DNA of 64,000 nucleotides from Peptoniphilaceae bacterium (GTDB lineage Bacteria; Bacillota; Clostridia; Tissierellales; Peptoniphilaceae): NCBI GenBank assembly GCA_022769085.1, contig JALEKO010000001.1, positions 21,135 to 85,134 of the forward strand, read 5' to 3'. Shown piece by piece: positions 58,169 to 64,000 of this stretch (position 1 is its first letter; each line of letters starts with the position of its first letter). The notes under the pieces were generated by a model. It saw only the letters and a program-made list of their open reading frames with translations, ran no database searches and was not told where the DNA came from. The position numbers and the translations under genes were made by a program.

Positions 58169-59698
58169 ATGAAAAATAAACTTATAATAGGAATACATAC
58201 ACTATTTTTAATACTTATATCTCTTATAATGATAGTATATCCATCTTATGTTTCAAAATTTATCGATAATATAGAAAGTCCAAATATTATTAAAAATATT
58301 GCCATTATAATTATTTCTTTATTACTGACTAAAAATATAATTAAGTTATTTGATCTTCTTATAGTTAATTTTTTAGAAAATTCTTTTGATTTTTCTATGA
58401 AAAAAGATTTAGTTAAAAAAGTTTTATATGGAAATTATTTAGAAATTCTATCTATTGGTAAGGGAAAACTTATAAATTTAAACAATGATATTCAAATACT
58501 AATAGATTTTTTTATAAACTTCTTATCAATAATTTTTAAAAATACACTCTTAATTATAGGAATATTTTTTGTTTCTATAAAAAAATTGTCGTATATGTCT
58601 TTAATATTTGTAATTATGATTATATTTTTATTTCTTTTATTTAGAAAAATAAAAGAAATATCTTTAGATAAGGTAAAAAAAACCAAAGATTCATACGATA
58701 CAATGGTTGAATCATTTTTTGAAACGCTTAGCCTTTTAGAAGAATTTAATTTTATAGGTAAAGATATGTATCTTATATCAAGATTAAAAAATAGTATTTT
58801 AGATTTTTTTAATAGTGAAATAGTTTCAAATTTTATTTCTTATGAATATTGGTTAAGTTCTATATCGGTATTTGGAATTATGAAGATATTAATTCTTATT
58901 TTTGGAATTTTTACGCTTGAAAATAATATATTATCAATTGGAAGTTTATATTTATTTATATATTATATAGATTTAATTGAAGATCCAATTTATGATGTAA
59001 GGCTTCAGTTAGAAAATTTGCCAAATGTTGGAGAGTCAAAGAAAAGGTTGAATGATATTAAAAATATATCTTCTATATCTTATGGTAATAAAATTTTAGA
59101 AGAAAAAGTAAAAAATATATATTTAGAAAATATAAATTTTTCTTATCCAAATACAAATAAAGAAATTTTTAAAAATTATAGCCTTTCCTTATCTTGTAAA
59201 ATTTATGGTATATCAGCTCCTTCAGGATCTGGAAAATCTACTTTAATAAATTTAATATCAAGATTATTTGATGTAGATAAAGGCATAATTAAATACAATG
59301 ATATTGATATTAAAAATTTTAGACGTGGTGAAATATCTAAAAAAATAGAATACATAAATCAAGTTAATAAAGCAAATGATGTAGAAGTCATAGGGGATAT
59401 AATTGAAAATACTGAAAAATCTAAAAAGCTTCTTAATGATTTTAAGATATATAAAGATTTTAACGACAAAACATCAAAATTATCAAATGGAGAATATAAA
59501 TCTTTATTTGTGATAAAAGCACTTTTATCTAAAAAAGATATTTTAATATTAGATGAAATTTTTCTTGGTGTAGATGATTATAAATGTTCTTTATTTTTTG
59601 ATTTAATAAAAAATATAGACAAAATAGTTTTAATAATAAGTCATGAAAAAAGAATAATAGATAGACTTAGTGAGGTAATTGATTTTGAAAGAAATTAG
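58169..59698 (+). CDS. ABC exporter half-transporter (TMD-NBD), degenerate signature motif
   Basis: About 509 aa with a 6-TM-like N-terminal half. Walker A SGSGKST, Walker B ILILDE and H-loop SHE are present, but the signature is LSNGE rather than LSGGQ. The start is moved to 58169 (RBS GGGGGGAG). Confidence 0.75.
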   Translation: MKNKLIIGIHTLFLILISLIMIVYPSYVSKFIDNIESPNIIKNIAIIIISLLLTKNIIKLFDLLIVNFLENSFDFSMKKDLVKKVLYGNYLEILSIGKGKLINLNNDIQILIDFFINFLSIIFKNTLLIIGIFFVSIKKLSYMSLIFVIMIIFLFLLFRKIKEISLDKVKKTKDSYDTMVESFFETLSLLEEFNFIGKDMYLISRLKNSILDFFNSEIVSNFISYEYWLSSISVFGIMKILILIFGIFTLENNILSIGSLYLFIYYIDLIEDPIYDVRLQLENLPNVGESKKRLNDIKNISSISYGNKILEEKVKNIYLENINFSYPNTNKEIFKNYSLSLSCKIYGISAPSGSGKSTLINLISRLFDVDKGIIKYNDIDIKNFRRGEISKKIEYINQVNKANDVEVIGDIIENTEKSKKLLNDFKIYKDFNDKTSKLSNGEYKSLFVIKALLSKKDILILDEIFLGVDDYKCSLFFDLIKNIDKIVLIISHEKRIIDRLSEVIDFERN

Positions 59699-61097
59699 AC
59701 TTTTAGATATATTAAAAGAATCAAAAAAATATTTCTTTTTAGATATAATAATATGGTTTTTTGCTCACAATATTCCCATTTTAATGGCTTATTTATTAAA
59801 AATTTATTTTGATTCAAATTATAAGAATAGTTTATATTTACAAGTTAGTTTATACATTATTTTATTTATACTTAGAATTGTTCTTATAAAAATAGGTGCT
59901 AATGTTGATATAAAGGCTCAGCACATGTGGGCAAATAGTTTTTATGAAAGAATAATAAGTAAGACTTATAAAGGAGTAAGTTTAAAAGAAACAAAAATTC
60001 GCAGTTTAATTGACATTATTCAAAATGATATTAACTCAATTGTTGGAACAATTTCGTATGGAATTGATACGTTTTGTAATTTATTTGGAATAATATTGGC
60101 ATTTATTATAATGCTTTCAATAAATATTTATATTTCTTTAGTTGTAATATTAATTCCTATAATAATATTTTTTATAACAAATGCTCTTAAAAATAAAATT
60201 TATAATAAAAGTAATACAATAAGGGAAAATGAATCATATATAATAAACTCTTATCAAGAAATAATAGAAAATTTACAGCAAATAAGAATTAATTCTCTTG
60301 AGGATAAAATGCTTAATTTGTATTTGAATTTATTGGGAAAGAATAAAAAAGATAAGATAAAATATGGATATTTTAAATCATATATTTCAATTTTAAATGA
60401 TTTTATTGTTGACTTTAATATAATAATAATTTTTGTAGGAGCTATATTTTTTAAAATGACTGCAGGAGAACTTAGTTTATTTATTTCGTATAGCTTTAGT
60501 ATAAATGACCTTGCAACATATATATCTTCTTTTACTGTTATATATAGTGAACTTGGCGTTTACATAGATTCGTTTAATAAAAAAATGTATGATGCAATAA
60601 TTGAAGATGAAGAAAATGTAGATTTTAATAAAATTATAGATAAAATAAAACCTAATACAATAAATGTTATTATAGGAGAAAACGGATCGGGAAAGACAAA
60701 AATTTTAAAATCCATATCAAAATCTTATAAATACCCTTTAGTATTAAAAAATTCATCTGTTTTAAGTGAAAATTTATATGAAAATATAAATCTTGGTGAA
60801 AAAAGTCAAAAATTTGATAAAATAGTAGATCTGTTTTCTTTAAATGATTTAAAAAATAGAAAAAAATTATCTCAAAAAGAATTATCAGGAGGACAAATAG
60901 ATAGAATAGCTATAGCTAGGGTATTAAAGTTTAAAAATAATGTAATTTTGATTGATAACAACTTACTATCAATAAATGAAAAAATAAGAAAATCTATATT
61001 AAATTATTTTGAAAAAAGTAAATCTACATTTGTAATAACAGATCAACAAGATAGAAAAGAATATATAAATTATAATAAAATTTTTATAAATCATTGA
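59679..61097 (+). CDS. ABC exporter half-transporter (TMD-NBD), degenerate Walker B/H-loop
   Basis: 472 aa. Walker A GENGSGKT and signature LSGGQ are present. Walker B is VILIDNN (catalytic Glu replaced by Asn) and the H-loop position reads TDQ. TTG start overlapping the upstream stop. Confidence 0.75.
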   Translation: MILKEIRLLDILKESKKYFFLDIIIWFFAHNIPILMAYLLKIYFDSNYKNSLYLQVSLYIILFILRIVLIKIGANVDIKAQHMWANSFYERIISKTYKGVSLKETKIRSLIDIIQNDINSIVGTISYGIDTFCNLFGIILAFIIMLSINIYISLVVILIPIIIFFITNALKNKIYNKSNTIRENESYIINSYQEIIENLQQIRINSLEDKMLNLYLNLLGKNKKDKIKYGYFKSYISILNDFIVDFNIIIIFVGAIFFKMTAGELSLFISYSFSINDLATYISSFTVIYSELGVYIDSFNKKMYDAIIEDEENVDFNKIIDKIKPNTINVIIGENGSGKTKILKSISKSYKYPLVLKNSSVLSENLYENINLGEKSQKFDKIVDLFSLNDLKNRKKLSQKELSGGQIDRIAIARVLKFKNNVILIDNNLLSINEKIRKSILNYFEKSKSTFVITDQQDRKEYINYNKIFINH

Positions 61098-61102
61098 AAT
61101 AT

Positions 61103-61127
61103 AGCCTGATTAATTCAGGCTTTTTTA
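61103..61127 (+). terminator. Intrinsic terminator after the ABC exporter pair
   Basis: Stem agcctga/tcaggct plus T6. Confidence 0.65.
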
Positions 61128-61388
61128 TATTTGAAGGTTTTTTAAAAATTTAATTTAAATAAGCTTTTAAAATAGAAAAAATATATAAATAAATTTATAA
61201 ATGGATAAATAAGTATTGCTTTAATTTATAAGTTTTTTTGTAAATTAAAATTATTTTTTCATCCTTGAAATACTAAAACAACCCTTTTTTTAGTGCTTTT
61301 TTCATATAGAAAATGTTTTTTTAAAAATTTGAAAAAATTGAAAATAAATGCTATAATAAAGTAAATAAAAGCTTTATAAGGGGGAAGT

Positions 61389-61655
61389 ATGTACGAAGAA
61401 AAGGTTATTTTAAAAAATGAAATCGGTTTACATGCAAGACCTGCTTCAATTTTTATTAGAGAGGCTGTAAAACATTCTTGTGATATAAATTTGGTTAGAG
61501 ATGGAAGAAATTATAATGCAAAATCTATCATGTCTGTTTTGAGCATGAGTGCCAATAAAGGTGATGAAATAATCATTCGCGCTCAAGGTGAAGGAGAAGA
61601 AGTTGCTGTAAAAGATTTAGTTGATCTTGTTGAAAATCGACTTAATAAATATTGA
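61389..61655 (+). CDS. ptsH: Phosphocarrier protein HPr
   Basis: 88 aa with the His-15 context GLHARPAS and the Ser-46 context KSIMSVLSM. Preceded by TTGAAA-17-TATAAT. Confidence 0.9.
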   Translation: MYEEKVILKNEIGLHARPASIFIREAVKHSCDINLVRDGRNYNAKSIMSVLSMSANKGDEIIIRAQGEGEEVAVKDLVDLVENRLNKY

Positions 61656-61738
61656 ACTGAAATGGTTTTTATAAAATAAAAGAAGCCCTGAGATTTGCAA
61701 AGTTAAATTTACATAATTCCAGGACTTTTTTATATTGT

Positions 61739-62557
61739 TTATCCTTTTATTCCACTTCCTGCAACGCCATTTATTATTTGTTTTCTAAATATTATATATA
61801 AAATTATTATAGGAAGAATTGTTATTGTACTTGCTGCCATTTGAAGATTGATTTGCGTACCTGCTTCTGATGCAAAAGCTGAAAGTCCGTTTGAAATAAG
61901 TCTCATGTCAGTTGAATTTGTAACCAATATTGGCCGTAAAAATGAATTCCATCCAGTTATAAAATTCAATAGCCCCATCGTAAAAAGTGAATTCTTAGAC
62001 ATTGGAATCATTATTTTTGTTATAAACTCAAAGTCGTTTGCACCATCAACTTTTGCTGCATTGTAGTATGAAATAGGAATGGATGTTAAATAGCTTTCCA
62101 AATAGAAAATGTAAAATACACTTGCAAGAAAAGGTATTATAAGTGCCTTGTATGTATTAAGAATTCCTAAATCTGCAATTGTTTTAAAATTTGTAAATAC
62201 CACAACTTCAAATGGAACCATTAAAAGTGAAATCATAAAAAATTTTAATGGTTTTTTAAATGTGAAATTTTTAAATGTAAGTACAAATGCCGCAAAAACT
62301 GTTGTAATTAAAGTTGCAATTGTATTTATTGCCGATACAAAAACTGTATTGAAGAAATATCTTAAAAAAGGCGCAGCTTTAAAAGCTTCAATGTAATTTT
62401 CAAATTGTAAAGCATTTGGTATTAGCTTTGGTGGAATGCTTGTTGATTCTTGAAAAGTCATAAGACCTGAAGAAATCATATATACAAAAGGAAAAAGTGT
62501 TATTATTGCCATTATTACTATAAAAATATAAGAAATAATTTTAAGTGCTTTATTCAT
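61739..62557 (-). CDS. Carbohydrate ABC transporter permease (CUT1, MalG-like)
   Basis: 272 aa, 6 TM segments, with an EAA-loop-like AAKVDGANDFEFITKIMIP. Confidence 0.8.
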   Translation of the reverse strand: MNKALKIISYIFIVIMAIITLFPFVYMISSGLMTFQESTSIPPKLIPNALQFENYIEAFKAAPFLRYFFNTVFVSAINTIATLITTVFAAFVLTFKNFTFKKPLKFFMISLLMVPFEVVVFTNFKTIADLGILNTYKALIIPFLASVFYIFYLESYLTSIPISYYNAAKVDGANDFEFITKIMIPMSKNSLFTMGLLNFITGWNSFLRPILVTNSTDMRLISNGLSAFASEAGTQINLQMAASTITILPIIILYIIFRKQIINGVAGSGIKG

Positions 62558-62565
62558 GATATCTC

Positions 62566-63438
62566 CTATTTAGATAATTTTTTCAAAATTTTTCTTTCTA
62601 TTATTGTTATTACTATCAAAAATATAAAAAGAATAACTGCAGCTGCCATTGCCTGTCCGTATCTTGATTCAACATAAAATTTATTGTATATGTAAAAAAC
62701 GAGGCTTACTGCTGAATTTCCTATACCAGCTTTTCCATTAAAAAGTGAAAAAATTTGTGAATATACTTTAAATGCCGATATAAAATTTGTTATAAGCAGA
62801 AATGTTATTACAGGTATTAAAAATGGGAGTGTAACCTTAAAAAATATTTCTGTTTTTGATGCTCCAAGCATATCTGCAACTTTATAATATGTTTTATCAA
62901 TGCTTCTAAGCCCTGATAATAAAATAATTATATTAAACGCAAGTGAGGACCAAATTCCAAAAATTATAAGTGCAATTAAGTTTTTTGATGGATCATTTAA
63001 AAAATCTATACTTTTTATTCCTATTAAATTTAATATATAATTTATAATTCCATAATCTCCATTAAGTAAATATCTAAATACAATTCCTATTGCAATAACT
63101 GATGTCATGTATGGTATAAAAAAAACTGTTTCATAAAATTTACTTCCTTTAATTTTTGAATTAATAACAAGTGCAATTAACATTGAAATTATCATTCCTA
63201 AAGGAACAACTGTTACTGCATAAATTGCGGTGTTTTTAAGTGCATTTATAAATAGAGGATCTTTTACTATGTATAAAAAATTTTCAAATCCTACAAATTT
63301 TGATTCAAAAAGATCGCTTGATTTAAATGACATTACAAATGACCTAATTAAAGGATAAATATTAAAAACTCCAATACATAAAAGTGCTGGTAAAAGCAAA
63401 AGCCATGCTTTATTATCTTTTTCAGCTTTATATTTCAT
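62566..63438 (-). CDS. Carbohydrate ABC transporter permease (CUT1, MalF-like)
   Basis: 290 aa, 6 TM segments, with an EAA-loop-like VADMLGASKTEIFFKVTLP. Confidence 0.8.
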   Translation of the reverse strand: MKYKAEKDNKAWLLLLPALLCIGVFNIYPLIRSFVMSFKSSDLFESKFVGFENFLYIVKDPLFINALKNTAIYAVTVVPLGMIISMLIALVINSKIKGSKFYETVFFIPYMTSVIAIGIVFRYLLNGDYGIINYILNLIGIKSIDFLNDPSKNLIALIIFGIWSSLAFNIIILLSGLRSIDKTYYKVADMLGASKTEIFFKVTLPFLIPVITFLLITNFISAFKVYSQIFSLFNGKAGIGNSAVSLVFYIYNKFYVESRYGQAMAAAVILFIFLIVITIIERKILKKLSK

Positions 63439-64000
63439 TAGTAAAGTCTCCTTCCATCTTCAGAAAAAATATATATATTTTCATATGCTATTTTTAAATT
63501 TATTTTATCTCCTGATTTTATATCAATATTATTTGGAGCAATTAGCCTTGAAGAAATATCATTCAATTCAAAATGAACAACTGAAAAACGACCTAACATT
63601 TCAACAGAACTTACTATTGCAGATATTTCACCATCATCTGAAATTTCAAAAAATTCAGGTCTTATTCCTATAATGAAATTTTTTTCCAAAGACATTTTTA
63701 ATACTTCATGTTTTTTTAAAACCGATAAATCAAATGAAATATCTCTTGAAAGAAGTTTATCTGCAACCCTTTTAACACTGTAAATATTTATTTCGGGAGT
63801 GCCTAAAAATTTTGCGACAAAAAGATTTGAAGGATTTTTATATAGATTTTGAGGTTTATCGTATTGTTGAACAATGCCATTATCCATTATTGCAATTCTA
63901 TCTGCAATACTCATTGCTTCTTCTTGATCGTGAGTTACAAAAATTGAAGTTACGCCTATTTTTTTTATTAAAATTCTTATTTGTTCTCTAATTCTAAGTC
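63438..64000 (-). CDS. Carbohydrate ABC transporter ATP-binding protein (MalK/MsmX-like), 5' end outside the window
   Basis: The frame is open to the window edge (..RIREQIRILIKKIGVTSIFVTHDQEEAMSIADRIAIM..). H-loop and a C-terminal regulatory-domain-like region are present. The track's ATG at 63914 is internal. Confidence 0.8.
   Translation of the reverse strand, partial: LRIREQIRILIKKIGVTSIFVTHDQEEAMSIADRIAIMDNGIVQQYDKPQNLYKNPSNLFVAKFLGTPEINIYSVKRVADKLLSRDISFDLSVLKKHEVLKMSLEKNFIIGIRPEFFEISDDGEISAIVSSVEMLGRFSVVHFELNDISSRLIAPNNIDIKSGDKINLKIAYENIYIFSEDGRRLY

Noticed and set aside
1-64000. Mobile elements, prophage, integrative islands, tRNA/rRNA genes and defence systems
   Set aside because: I recognised no transposase, integrase, recombinase, phage structural gene, restriction-modification gene, cas gene, reverse transcriptase or tRNA-like sequence on either strand. 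Gene content is core metabolism throughout.

Overview
This is a very AT-rich chromosomal window from a low-GC Gram-positive bacterium. T-box, M-box and L-box leaders, a sortase-type anchor and choline-binding-type repeats point to Firmicutes, with gene content resembling an anaerobic coccus or Clostridia/Tissierellia. The species cannot be determined from the sequence alone.

I count about 70 protein genes, almost all housekeeping:
- uppP, tag, an ornithine carbamoyltransferase and mgtE.
- A lysine operon on the dehydrogenase route (lysA-asd-dapA-dapB-ddh) with divergent lysC.
- lemA and a TPM-domain gene.
- An acn-icd-citrate synthase operon.
- An ABC-2 transporter.
- A small, decayed polysaccharide locus: manA, ugd, an interrupted GT2, wzz, a degenerate BY-kinase and an SH3 lipoprotein.
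- nagA and thrS.
- A split surface-protein gene.
- ilvM-like-ilvC-ilvD-ilvB.
- A MarR / beta-rich protein / GNAT / MATE operon.
- metNIQ, HAD phosphatases, thyA, ridA, azlCD, trkAH, rplM-rpsI, queH and ferritin.
- A heterodimeric ABC exporter, ptsH, and a CUT1 sugar ABC transporter cut by the window end.

I found no rRNA, tRNA, CRISPR array, transposase, integrase or phage gene.

Cis-regulatory RNAs are dense: an M-box, an L-box, three T-boxes (apparent specifiers Thr ACC, Ile AUC, Met AUG) and a probable L13 leader. Many first-ATG ORF-track calls carry false N-terminal extensions. I corrected these using RBS position and overlap with leader RNAs.

The most interesting observations are:
1. A signal-peptide ORF and a sortase-anchored ORF are separated by a frame change exactly at an A_AAA_AAG heptamer.
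2. A GT2 gene is interrupted by a single in-frame TAA, next to a BY-kinase homologue that has lost its P-loop and its tyrosine tail.
3. A tightly coupled MarR / unknown beta-rich protein / mini-GNAT / MATE operon sits behind a perfect 24-bp palindrome.
4. A CofE-like gene lies behind about 400 bp of almost pure A/T.
5. Two small ORFs fall below the track cutoff.

I do not see a convincing multi-gene defence or mobile system. The candidates above are leads, not established systems.
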